A stretch of DNA of 46,325 nucleotides, the filler included, from Catajapyx aquilonaris (lineage: Eukaryota), in NCBI GenBank assembly GCA_000934665.2. It is 2 parts of 2 records of this genome, joined end to end, with 100 filler letters (N's around TTAATTAATTAA, not from the genome) between each part and the next. Parts side by side here need not be neighbours in the genome. Positions count along the whole stretch, not along the records: positions 1 to 23,113 come from JYFJ02005745.1; 1 more part is not named here. One strand, 5' to 3'. Below the pieces are notes generated by a model that did not search any database, had not been told where the DNA came from, and saw only the letters and a program-made list of their open reading frames with translations. A program made the position numbers and the translations under genes. Below, piece by piece: positions 1 to 12,135 of this stretch. Position 1 is the first letter of the stretch. Each line of letters starts with the position of its first letter.

Positions 1-3000
1 GGGTCTTCACGGGAGAGGAGAATGATGTGTCCTCGTTGACGTCCAGCAAGCGACTGTGGCGTTCTTCCACCCATTGCGCATGCTCGGAAGGGGGGGGCCA
101 ATCGGAGGCGTCATGGTAACAATGCGTCCAGGGAACAATGAACGGGGGTCAATGGGGAGGTGGGGGCAACAATGCGCGGCGGCGGACCAATCAGAGGGCT
201 CGGCCAAACACCGCAAGGATTTTAATATTATAGAAGTTAATGTTCTTTTATGTTCATCATGCCTCAACGATTAGGAACTCAATTAAAGCATTCCTTGTTT
301 TCATATTTTGAAAAAAGTGGCAATTGCCACTTTTTTCAAAATATGAAACAAAAATTTTCAAGATTTAAATCTTGAAAAATTTTGCACTAAAGTACTGTAT
401 GAACATTCTAATTGAGAGGGCAACCTTTCAAGGATGCCTCGGACGATGCTACTTACTCAGTTATTAGAGAACCTCCACTGTTAAATAAATTTGCTTTAAT
501 TCAGATTGAATGACAAATTATTTACATTGCAAACGCCTACCTACGCTATTTGCGCAATTTATTCTTCTGAGAACATACTGTAAGGCGCGTTAAATGAGCA
601 CATAAAATGTGTCACCCCTTATTTTAATGTGGCAAGGCATGCACAAGTACAATGGCATACACTAAGGTCACGGCTAGTGGAAAACCTTAACCTGTAAACG
701 TACCATGCTAGCGCGCATACTGTACAAATGAGAAAACATGGTTGCAACATGACATTGTCTGAGATGATTGCAAATAAATTGAGTCCCATTGTCTTGAACT
801 ACTGGTACACATATCTGTGTATAACTACTGTTATTGTCGTCGTTCATACGTTTTTTAAAAAAAATTGTCACTCGGTTAAACCTGGGTCAGGTATCCTGGC
901 TCTAAAGACGAAACAAAGCATCTAGCCTAATAAGAACCAAGCAACGAGGCATAAGGAAATGCCACAAATTGCCAGGGGAAGAATAGTGAAAAAATCCAGA
1001 ACAAATCCACTCGTGTTGCCGAATTCAGTATGCTACCAGAAAATGCAGGGTGGTTCTCTTGGTAGTCCCTCCAAAGAACCAGCTGTACTTTTCACACCAC
1101 TCAACCTAAGAAATATTAGGTTTGGCTTAAAATATATACCTTAGTTCATAGGAATGTAGCACCATTCACAATAAATGCTGTAATTGACCTTCTATGTTAG
1201 CCAGGAGAGTGAGAGCAAAATGTGCTACATAACTCAATTAAAAACATCTTAATTTTTTGACATACTAGGAGAGCAATTTTCAAATCAATTTGGCGGAGAG
1301 AAGCAGTGTTACCAGATAACTGAGTAAAAAATCCATTTGTTTCGCTGCAATTTTTTAAAATTATTCCCTGAGACAGGAGAATGACGTGAAAACTAGGGAC
1401 AAACTTGAAGTGATGCAGCAAGGTCGTGTCAAATGATTAAATTGTGTTAAAACTGTTGTTTTATACCTTCAAGTAAGTATTATTAAATTATAGTATTGGA
1501 ACTTGTCTAATGTTAATGATAAAATTGTAAGCAAATACTCGCAAACACTAGAGAAATATAGAATATTTTAAAAGAAGATCGGGACATGCCACAGGAGGAC
1601 TTAATTTGGGATGTTACGCTTCTTTTCCACTGACCACTTAATTATTACCTTATTACTCTAATTCAGAAACTGTTAATATAAAAACTTTCAAATAAAGATT
1701 CATTACTTCTATGAGGCCAATTATATTACACAAACTTTCCCACATATGGATCATCCAAACATTTAAGGCTCAAACTATTCTGTAACTGTAACGCATTTAT
1801 TACCATCAGCATCAGTAACTTCTAAACAAAAGGCAGGAAATAATAACATTAATGATCTAACGTAAGATGGTGTCACGTAACCATTATCACTGGAGCTTTT
1901 ACTTCTTGCTCTAATTCATCGATAATTACTGCCACAAAAAATAATTAATTAATAATTGTTCGCAAAGAACCAGCCAGTCGTGAAATATTAAATTTAACAT
2001 TTTCCTACCTAAGATATTGCTTCCAGCACTGTGCCAGATTTTCAGATAATGTCATATTTTTTTCCTGCTCTGTGCAAGCAGAAATAATAACAGTAGACGA
2101 ACTGACTTTCCCTGCTCTTTTGCCTGATATTGTCGGCATGTTTCAAATGAGGCGGCACATTTCCCAAGCGGCCTAGAATTCATCAGCAAAATCAACGGTT
2201 GCCTTCGTACAAAGAGATCTATATTTGAATGTCCGTAATTAAAAAAGTTCCTCTGAAAATGCGCTTATCATAGTGCACCAACGAAAAATCCGGAGTATCG
2301 CATGCTGCCGAGTGACATCTGAATCATCATTGTGTTATAAGAGAAGAATCTTTCCGACAAATGCAAATCATATCACAAAATCACATGGGAGAAAAATGCA
2401 TTGTAATCTCAGGAGCGTATTTCCAACGGTAGTTCCTAGATACAACCAATGTATTTTGATCATTATGAAATAATGATATATCCTGGATTTAATCCAGCTA
2501 AAGTTGGCTTAGAAGCTATGGTCACATTTTCAGCTTTGATCAGAAATTCAGTAACGTATGATGACTTAATTATGCAATAATTAGTTCAAAAACGTTGGAG
2601 TAATTTACGAGCGTGTAAAGCACACAATACTACTTTTTCTCTCCCAGATTCCCTTATGAAGCTCCCTAAGGCCTCATTTCCCAATACACCAAACGCAATT
2701 CTAGGGCACGAAAAATATAAAGCACACTTCGGGAAACCAACAAACACGTCCAAATTGTAATTTCCTGTGAGGTTTACAAACACCATTTCACATTTGCGTA
2801 ACTGACATTTCCCTCCCTCCTGTTTATTTTTCCTTCTCTATCCCCCTCCACCCCACCCCTCACCTTCTTCCCATCGCAATAGACGTGTACTGGGGCAGGT
2901 GCAACGATCCCTACGATAACAGCTCTACATGCTGCTGTTTCTCATAACGGTATCTCTCACCTTCTTACTTCAAAGACCCTCCCTCGCCACCCCCACCAAA

Positions 3001-3018
3001 AACACTTTCTCCCAGGTG

Positions 3019-3027
3019 TATATAAAT
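3019..3027 (+). promoter_or_regulatory. TATA box of structural protein gene 1
   Basis: TATATAAAT lies ~90 nt upstream of ATG 3109; the paralog has a TATA at an equivalent position. Confidence 0.75.
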
Positions 3028-3108
3028 CAGCATCACCCGTTCCTAAAAATCGCACAACATCCGCAGCAGTTGTCACAATAGCAAGGGGTTATTCGCACAA
3101 ACACAGTC

Positions 3109-3749
3109 ATGGAAAAGCTAGTGAGTTTTGCCAGTGCTTTTAATTCTGTGCTTGGCCAGGAGAATATCACGATTTTTTAAAAAATATTTTGTGTTTGCCA
3201 AGAAAATCAGTGATCTGGGTGTGTTTCAGGTGATGATACTTGTGGTCACATTGGTGGCTGCGGTGCAAGCTGGTGACCTAGGAGGTTACGGAGGTGGTGA
3301 CTTCGGAGGTGGTGGAGGTTTTGGAGGTGGTGGAGGTGGTGGAGACTATGGAGGTGGCGATGATCATGTGAGTATCCTAGACTGTTGGGTAATGGCGTAG
3401 CATAACCGGTTAATTATTTCAGGGCCACAAGACCGAGCATCATGTGGTTCCAGTGGTGGTGAAGGTTCCGGTGTATAAGAAGTTTCCAGTATATCAAAAG
3501 GTTCCGGTTGTGAAGCACTACCCTGTGTACCAGAAGTATCCTGTTTACCAGAAAGTTCCAGTTTACCAAAAGGTGCCAATCATCAAGAAGGTTCCAGTCA
3601 TTCAGAAGATTCCCTACCCAGTGAAGATTCAGACCCATCATCATGACGATTCTGGGTACGGAGGTGGATCTGGATTCGGAGGAGGTAGCGGTGGATTCGG
3701 AGGAAGTGGCGGTGGATACGGAGGCGGTGACGGAGGACATGGATATTAA
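3109..3749 (+). CDS. Secreted Gly-rich / Val-Pro-Tyr-Lys repeat structural protein, CPLCP-like cuticular protein, 158 aa; exons 3109-3120, 3230-3367, 3423-3749
   Basis: Exon 1 is ATG GAA AAG CTA (MEKL) followed by GTGAGT. Acceptor TTTCAG ends at 3229. Signal-peptide-like MEKLVMILVVTLVAAVQA is followed by a Gly-rich block. Donor GTGAGT at 3368, acceptor TTTCAG ending 3422, all phase 0. Core is GHKTEHHVVPVVVKVPVYKK...IPYPVK, then a Gly-rich tail. AATAAA at 3862. The family name is inferred from composition. Confidence 0.88.
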
Positions 3750-4180
3750 TATTGTCATTTTTATATATGAAATGAAGCTGTTATGAATAATTATGATCGA
3801 CTACCTCCGTTTTTTGTTGTAAATATCAATGCTGCATATCGTTTTGTACCGTGTCAAATGAAATAAAAAAGTAATGAAAATCTCGTAACCATGACTTTTT
3901 TTATACTGTAGGTAAGAAGGAAACCGTTGGTCACTAAAAGTCACACGTTCTTTTGGCACTTTCTCTCTATGTGTTTTCTCAGAGAATGACGGGTAACACT
4001 GGTGGACAGTTACATACTTTCTTTGATATGTCATGAAAGCTAATTTCACATTCACTATAACAGTAGGAAGGTTAAGACTGGCATTGTGAATTCAATGTCA
4101 ATCTTCTGTTGAATAATTATACAAAAATATTGAACTGATTCATATAACTACTTGAAATAAATATTGAGATATTATACACT

Positions 4181-4464
4181 AATATCATACCCCATTGAAG
4201 CCGTTCTGGCTTTTTAGGGGGGAGATTTGTTTTTTTTGGCTGGAACTCTTGTAAACTTTATTTCGCTTTTTGGGACGGGATAGGGATGGAAGGAAGCGGC
4301 TGTGGCCTATTAACTAGGAAACAACTCCGGTATTCACCTGGAGGAACCGTGGGAAACCACAGAAAACCACGGTCAGAGTTGCCGGCACCGGGATTCGAAC
4401 CTCGAACCCAGGACCTCCCGATTAGCAGGCGGACTCCATATCCACTACACCAACCTGCTTCGGT
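4181..4464 (-). mobile_element. tRNA-derived SINE, family B
   Basis: Minus-strand head ACCGAAGCAGGTTGGTGTAGTGG (A box)...GGTTCGA (B box). Core GGAAGGAAGCGGCTGTGGCC...GGGAAACCACAGAAAACC is shared with 43724-44021 and 18636-19047. Imperfect TSD TATTGAGATATA..CACT at 4162-4180 and 4465-4480. Confidence 0.85.
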
Positions 4465-5507
4465 TATTGAGATATACACTTCATCTTCAATGTTATTATT
4501 TTCAGTTTCTTGTTTAATTATTTGCCACTTAATTTATTGCAATGAATATGTGTCATTTTAGCACTTGTAGCTCAGAATTGGGGTTACATTACGTTTCCTT
4601 CATCATCATTGGTGACTACTTCCATAAAAATATTAATGATTAATGATAATAATTATCGATAATTATGATTTAGTTAATACGTATAAGTAGCTGAAACGTT
4701 AGCACACACTGAGCTATAAATACGAATAAGCCAACTATATTTGGTTCACAGTGTTTTTTTAAAAAAATTCATCCGACACCATAATTATAGTTTAGTATGT
4801 CCACAAATTCTGCACCGCCATTAAAATGCGTTTTAAAATATGAACATCTCTCACTCATATGACCTACTTTTAATTGAGAGAAATAGTTTAGTGGATGCAC
4901 CGTAGTAATGTGAGTCATTCTTCATAGAAAATCCCGTAAGCACAACAGTGCGATGTGAATATACGAGAGTGAGAGTGAGAATATAGGCGTGTTAAGCGCA
5001 AGCAGTGCGTGAGAGCATGAGTAATAGTCATCTCTTAATTGCACCCGATGCAATTCGTCCTTTTTGTCTCTAATAAAAATGTACTTCAGAGAGAGAGAAA
5101 AAAACTCTCTCACTTTCATTGTCATTGGTGTGCCCATGATAATTATTATTCTTGTGGTTAATAATGTACAGTGCCAGTTTCAGATAATATGCTACATGGT
5201 TGAACAGTGGAAATATTTATATCACAAAAAGTATAATGTGACATTGACATCGATTAACATGCCGTCTGGACAAGGACTCGACAAAGATTTATATGCATTT
5301 ACGTATTATCCAGAATAGTAAACGTTTTTTCACGCTGCTAAAGAATGGTAATCTCATTCGTATCATGAAGCTTTAAAAATATGAGAACAGCCATCAATAA
5401 TACCCGGGCCGTACCTTCCTCAGGACTCTACATTTACCAGGGATTACATTAATTCAAACAATTATTCGCAATTATTACATTATGGGAAGACTCTTAAAAA
5501 TATGGTA

Positions 5508-6414
5508 CAGTGGCGAATCCGTTAGAATCCTTGAACCGAAATTCCGAAATCCGAATTTTTTTTTGTGCTCACATGACGCATCACAACTGGAAAATTCAAT
5601 GTGAATGTGACATCATGGTGAGATGGTGTGACATTATACTAGCGTCATTACCTGCATTTAAGGGGCGATAGAACAGACTAGGTCCAATCGAAAAAGACCC
5701 TCTAAAATTCACCAATTAACATTTATAAATGGGAAAAATTAAACAATAGAGTTAAAATCACCATCTAAAATGGGTGCCGATTCTGCATGAATGTTTCATG
5801 GCAATAATTCACACCAATCGTATAGAAATTCAATGTGCTTAATATTGAAGTTCCTAATTTCATAAAAAACTTATTGGAGTGACTCATCGAAAATTAATGG
5901 GTGGAATTTTCGTTGCACTACTAGTAACTATTGTTACTGGTGATTTAGCAGTACCATTGCACTACACTGGTACTGCTAAGTTAGAAGTAACTAGTAGTAT
6001 AACGAAAATTCCACAAATTGTTTTCAGAAAGGAGACTTCATGAGCAGTAAATTGGAAATTGCTTGAGTAAGACCTATGGTACAGCTTAAATCAATTGGTG
6101 AAGGTCTTACGTGCGCCTGCCTTGTTTCAGTACTTTTACGAGTATTCCTCCGCGGAGGTCATACTACCCTTTTTTTCACTGAAGGGAATGTTTTTGATAT
6201 AATATGTAAGTATAATAAATATTTAAAATGTATATGTAACAGGGTATGACATTTATTTAAAAATATAAATGGGTATTGTGTAAGCTGTAAGGCATTTATC
6301 CCATCCCAAACCTGTCCCACTTTATAGCTGAAAATAAATGTACTGTACATACGTATATTCCGAATTCCGAATAACTGCCCATCCCAAGAATTTCGGATAA
6401 AGAATTCTCAACTG
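5508..6414. mobile_element. Degenerate pogo/Tigger-like MITE containing an internal hairpin (5901-6014)
   Basis: TA|CAGTGGCGAATCC...CCGAAATTCC at left and TTTCGGATAAAGAATTCTCAACTG|TA at right. Internal inverted repeats GTGGAATTTTCGTT/AACGAAAATTCCAC and TTAGCAGTACCA/TGGTACTGCTAA. Confidence 0.45.
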
Positions 6415-6721
6415 TAATACTATACAGTCATGTAATCATTATTATGCTGGATGTTGAAGTCAGAAGGGACATAATATTTTCCAAGAAAGCAAAAGGACGG
6501 TCCCATAAATAAAATAATAAATAAATAAGTAAATAAATAAATAAATAATATTAATACATAATGTTATGTGTACAGGTATGAAACTGACGATGTAAGTTGG
6601 GCAAAAAATTTAAATGAAATTGTTATCTGATTGGTCAACTGCATATTAATACCTATTATTAATTATAATATTTTTTTTATATACTTAAATTTGGATTCTT
6701 AGCATTTACACTTACTTGTAC

Positions 6722-7013
6722 GGGGGCGACACGGTGACCGAGTGGTTAGCGCCGCAGCCTTCCACCTCTAAGGTCCCGAGTTCGATCCCCGGACCGGACA
6801 GAGGATACTTATGTGGATAGAGTTTCGATGGGTTCTCTCCGTGTTCGCGTGGGTTTTCTCGGGGTTCTCCCGTTTCCTCCCACTATCAATATCCATCACA
6901 TTACAGGTAAATGATTAAAGTCGGTATATTAAAAGATGATCCCCTAAAAAGCCCAAGGAGGCTTATCACGGGGTATCCATTATTATTATTATTATTATTA
7001 TCATCATCATCAT
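6722..7013 (+). mobile_element. tRNA-derived SINE, family A (V-domain-like core)
   Basis: A box TGACCGAGTGG, B box GAGTTCGATCCC, core GTGTTCGCGTGGGTTTTCTCGGGGTTCTCCCGTTTCCTCCCAC, (ATT)n(ATC)n tail. Perfect 13-bp TSD CACTTACTTGTAC at 6709-6721 and 7014-7026. Confidence 0.92.
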
Positions 7014-7980
7014 CACTTACTTGTACGTTTCGCGCACCTGTTTCGGTATTTGAAGGGAGTGATATATTGCTGAATTAGACAAATATTATTTTATAACGCT
7101 ATGTTATTAATGCAGTAGGGCTATTTTTTAATATAATAGAATATTCCTGTATGAAACTATACCGTATTTCTATAACACCGCCAAAATTATAACTACTGTT
7201 CCATTTAACTGCTTCTCAACATCAAAATAATTAATATCAATGGTGAAAACTTGCCCTGTAAGTTGATGAATATTTAACAAAACAATTTTCACCAACGGTG
7301 TTCCCATTGATAAACATTACACTTACTTGTTAGAAAACCGCTACAACAAGATTACATGAGAAACTTTTCGCGTTAGAGATGGCTATAAAAAGAATTATAG
7401 CACGCCAAATCGCTTTAATACTGTGTTAAAATATAACTGCTTCACTTTTGACACACACCCACACCTTACGAGTATTATACAATAACGGACATGTTTTCAT
7501 TTTTTACTTGTATATTTTGGGGAGTGCTCTAATGCGTAACCCTAAAATTATTTCTTGTAGTCATTCAATACATTTTTGTACATGATTTAATGTACATTAA
7601 ACACTACATGTGCAAAAATTACTCCAAGTGTATGCAGAGAGACAAATAAAGCTGTAGCAGTGTGAATGACACATAACTTATTACCTCATTCCATAAATAA
7701 GTAACGTTCAGCTGTCAAACATGTTTCGAAAAGTTATCAACTTATCATAGGCTACAGTACAATATATTCAAGCTAGCCACAGAGATGCATTTTTCATAAA
7801 AATGCATTATTGTAATACATGTCTACAGTCTACTACATAAATACATGAATTTAACAGAATTACGAGTATTTGACAAACGAGAACCTACATAAGCATCATA
7901 TACAGAATTGACATGTGTGACGCCTAGGTAGTAGTTACCCTAGATTTCACTTCTGTCCTCTAATTATTGAACGGGGGAAA

Positions 7981-8094
7981 CTGGTGGGCTTTGTCCACAG
8001 AGTGACTCCTTACCAACGTGCATGCAGTACTACTTTCTCCCTGAGAGTGGCAGGAGTGTGCAGAGGGACAGCCCATGCGCCAACTGGCAGTGGC
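7981..8094 (+). repeat. ~115-bp dispersed direct repeat, copy 1
   Basis: CTGGTGGGCTTTGTCC...GTGACTC...CGTGCATGCAGTACTACTTTCTCCCTGAGAGTG...CCAACTGGCAGTGGC matches 9313-9434. Confidence 0.8.
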
Positions 8095-8169
8095 CTATTG
8101 TACTACGTCCAAGGGGGGCGGGGGAGGGGGGGGGGGAGTAATGTTCCCAAAGTAGCGGACTACTGGTGA

Positions 8170-8910
8170 AAAATAATTCACGAAGTGGATAAAACCTCCT
8201 CATGGATAATAGGATAATACTTCACCTAGCAGATTAATCCTGCTCATGGAATCACCAAGCAGATTAATCTTACTCATTGGTCATGGCTAATAATTCGCCT
8301 AGCCGATTAATCCTCCCCATGGATTCACGCATTCACCAAGTAAACTTAGATTAATCTTACTCATGGCTAATAATTCGCCTAGCGGTTTAATCCTGCTCAT
8401 GGATAATAATTCACCAAGTAGATTAATTTTACTCGTGGCTAATTTATTCACCTATGTCCTAGAGGTTTATCCTTCTCATAATATCATCGGCGGTTTAATC
8501 CTGCTCATGGGTAATAAAAATTCACATAACAGATTAATAATTGGGATTAATCCTTCCCATGGATAATAATCCACCTAGTGGTTTAATCCTTCTCATAATT
8601 CACCAGCAGTTTAATCCTCCTCATGGATAATAATTCACCACGTAGATTAATCCATTGGATTGATCTTATACTCATGGCTAATAATATTCACCTAGCGGTT
8701 TAATCCTTCTCGTGGATAATAATTCACCAAGTAGATGAAGAACTCATATGTGGCTAATAATTCACCTAGCGGTTTAATCCTGCTCATGGATAATAAAAAT
8801 TCACCTAGCGGATTAATCGTGATTAATCCGTTTCATGGCTGATTATTCACCTAACAGATTAATATTCTCTCTTCATGGATAATAATAAAATTCACCTAGC
8901 AGAATGATCC
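8170..8910. repeat. Degenerate 36-bp minisatellite, roughly 18-20 units
   Basis: Consensus ATAATAATTCACCTAGCGGTTTAATCCTGCTCATGG is repeated head-to-tail with indels. Confidence 0.9.
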
Positions 8911-9046
8911 TCCTAGCAAACTGAGCTCACATTCAGAATTTGCTAGACGTGACTCGTCCGTCTCTAAACGCGTTGACCACTCATCACCTAGTTCCTAGCT
9001 AGGTCCTAGGTGCACGTAATTACCATAGTCATCACCACGGTCTTAA

Positions 9047-9198
9047 GGCCATTTCACACAAAAAAAAAATCGCGCGGCAAACGGCGCGCGTTGCGGCATA
9101 TTTATTATTGATATTTATTATTGCCAATAATTAATAATAATTGGCGGGGCACGCGTTTGCCGCTTGACGCAGCCGCAAAATCTTTTTGTGTTTCGGCC
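9047..9198. mobile_element. Small degenerate PIF/Harbinger-like MITE
   Basis: TAA|GGCCATTTCACACAAAAA ... TTTTTGTGTTTCGGCC|TT, with internal inverted GCGGCAAACG/CGTTTGCCGC. Confidence 0.45.
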
Positions 9199-9312
9199 TT
9201 TATGGTTATCACGTTTCCCATTCAATAATGACAGGACACAACAGAGAGGTTGGGATTGGGATTCCCAACCAAGTGTGAACTTGGGACACACTTCAACGGA
9301 GGCAAGACTGCC

Positions 9313-9434
9313 CTGGTGGGCTCTGTCCGTACGGTGACTCATCACCAGCGTGCACGCAGTATTACTTTCCCCCTGAGAGTGCCAGGGAGGCAGTAGTGTA
9401 CAGAGGGAGCGTCTATGCACCAACTCGTAGTGGC
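9313..9434 (+). repeat. ~120-bp dispersed direct repeat, copy 2
   Basis: Same-orientation match to 7981-8094. Confidence 0.8.
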
Positions 9435-12040
9435 AGGGAGACAGCCAAAATTTAGCAACGGGTTCACTACTAGTGACAAATAACCGAAGGAATGTGCTTA
9501 GAGGTGTCAGACAAAAGTTTACAGTCATGCTCGTGGGAAGAGGAGGGGGGAAGGAGGAATGGTCGATTGGAACATCATAATAAACATACCGAACATAGGC
9601 TAGGTTGGGATGTTGTTTATCAGTGGTGCCAACTCCATGGAGATTGAACCCGGAGGATAGGTCGACAACGTCAAAAGAAAGTGTCGGGAAGAATGAAACC
9701 AGTGTTTTGATCATCTAATACAAACACTGCAGAGTTCCATGGACGTTTATAATAGGGGGGAGTTATGAGCAATTAGAAAAACGTGGTCGGATAGTTTGCA
9801 TATAATTTAGACACATGTGTGCGAGTGCATGCGAGTATACTCGTAGAAGCGGTAGAGGTTGTGAATTTCTGTTCATACAATAATTAGTGGGTTTTTTAGA
9901 AATTCAAAAGCAAATTATTGGTACGTTGAGGTGGGGAAATGCATATTTCCCAGCCAATGCAAAGCAAAGGTGGGATTGCAGATGGGTCGCAAAGGTAGTA
10001 CGTACGTAATCACGGATATGTGAATGCACGGAGGAACTGGTCGGGGTGTATGCATAAGCTGATGGCATCACCATTGGCTATAAATCCGAAGCGATTAAAA
10101 ATAATTATGGTATAGGCACTGCAGGCCGTAGGTCTAGAAAAAAAAAAAAGCGAGCGAAGTGAGTGGTTTTCTACGCCTGCGCCATAGAAAAATGCGTGCG
10201 TAGCGAGGGTTTTTCTAGTATAATTATAATCTGGGATACTAAACATGTTACAGGTCCTTAATTCCATACAGTCAATCGCAGTCAATCATATCCGAGCTAT
10301 AATAAGGCAATTTCCTGTAAAGCAGCATTTCACCTTCGACAGACCGCATGGTTATCGTTTCATACGATGGGGTCTAATTGGAAACATTTATTAGCTAATA
10401 GCATTATTATTATCCTATTATATTATTAGTGAGTGTTGCAAAAGCTGTTCCCAACTTTCTACTATTAATTGCTAATGAGTCGGAGCTGCCTGCAGCATCA
10501 CGTAGGCTCCTAAAAATTTAACTCTTGCATCCTATTGAAAGCTAGTGAGTGCTCACGTTATCTGACCTATTTAGCAAAATATTTTAATCATAATTGCATT
10601 ATATAGCAAAATTACTGCCGGCTTAGAGTAAACTTCACTTCCTTCTGCGTTTCAGATGAATGAAAAAATATCTCCACAGGGAGTTAATTGACATTGATGT
10701 TTATCGCTGCACGTTCTGCAGACTTTGTTTTAAAATGACAAGTGGTGTTCAAAGTTTGCACGCATGGAAGTACGTGCCTCCATGCGTACCATATGACGTT
10801 GCGGTGTACAATTTCACGCATCGTGTAGCCCCAGACATAATGTCTCACTTCTAAGATGGTCAAAAAAATTGAATTTTGTTTGAAATTTTACGCCATTATT
10901 TTACGTTTGTAACCGGAACTGACATCTTTGTAACTCTTGTTTTCTTTATATACTTTTGAGCCTATACCACTTGCCGAAGGGTAGAAGTGACCAATTTTTA
11001 AAGCTTTACTCCAATGATGTTTATGTGTAAATGTACATTTTCGGCAATATTTATGAGAATATACTCGTAAGATGAACTTTATTTCGATCAGTTTCAAATA
11101 AAATTAGAAATGATAGAAACTCGATTTTTTGTAATTTTGTTAGTTAAATGAAATTAAAAAGACATCGATGTATCCATTTGACCTCCTTGCACATCGGAAT
11201 ATTGCAAAAATTTGTATTGTTCATTATTTTCCATGAAATAGAATTAGAAAGGTTAAAAAATGGAAGGAAGTCCTGAGCCAAAGGTGACTGATCACAATCC
11301 CATTAACCCCCTTTCAACAAATTGCGTTCCTCAAAGACCGGATTCCAACCACAATCGACGACCGTTATACAATCAGTATTACGATGCAATAACAGTAGGC
11401 TACTTTGCAATTCCGGAGTCTATCACGTGCAAGTTCTCCTGCAGGACACAAAAAAAAACCGTCTCTCACTTTCTCTAGCCCGGAAGGAAAGATGGTCATA
11501 ACCACTACCACCGCATGCCACACCCCAACTGTGCAGACAGGGGGAAAAAAAACAACACAAAATCCGGTTTTACAGCCTCATTGACAAACACATAAAATGA
11601 GGTAATTTGACCATGACAGTCGTGATACAGATGTCCGATTTATATTAAATGCGTGCGAATATGAACTGAATGTGTGAAATTCCTTTCATAGCTGTCTTCT
11701 CTCAAGATTAATTTAGTTACTTTCGTTTTCCTGGCCTATAAGACCTTTAGGCTGTTTCGCATGAATTCTATGATGTTGCCTAGGTCGAAAATTTTTACGG
11801 CCGAGCGAAATCGTCGGGGAAGCGAAGAAGTGTGTGAAATACGATTTCTCAGGTGCTAAGTGTTGGACACGCTTTGACAGAACAGAGCTCATACAGTATG
11901 GTAGGTGGTACGGGTCAGCGCGTGACTACCACGCGAAGGATGTAAATCGTGGAGGAAATCACAGCTGTACTAATTTCTCTTCTATTAACCATAACCAGGG
12001 GGTGGAGAAAGGGGAAGTGTACTTTTTATTCAGGTCCAAT

Positions 12041-12058
12041 TATAAAACGCGTATAAAA
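12041..12058 (+). promoter_or_regulatory. Tandem TATA boxes of structural protein gene 2
   Basis: TATAAAA at 12041 and again at 12052, 84-95 nt upstream of ATG 12136. Confidence 0.75.
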
Positions 12059-12135
12059 GCTGAACGGAAGTCTAATTCCAGCAGACACATCCAGGTGTTT
12101 GGAGAATTAACACGGCTCTCCCACAAGTATTCAGC

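Noticed and set aside
6722..6795. tRNA genes (also at the heads of the other SINE copies)
   Set aside because: The A/B boxes run into conserved SINE bodies with tails and TSDs, and there is no clean cloverleaf or poly-T terminator.
8170..8910. CRISPR-like array of 36-bp repeats
   Set aside because: Units are contiguous with no unique spacers, there are no cas genes, and the context is eukaryotic; it is a minisatellite.
9118..9714. 198-aa minus-strand ORF
   Set aside because: It has no recognisable motif and overlaps a dispersed repeat and a MITE; likely a chance ORF.
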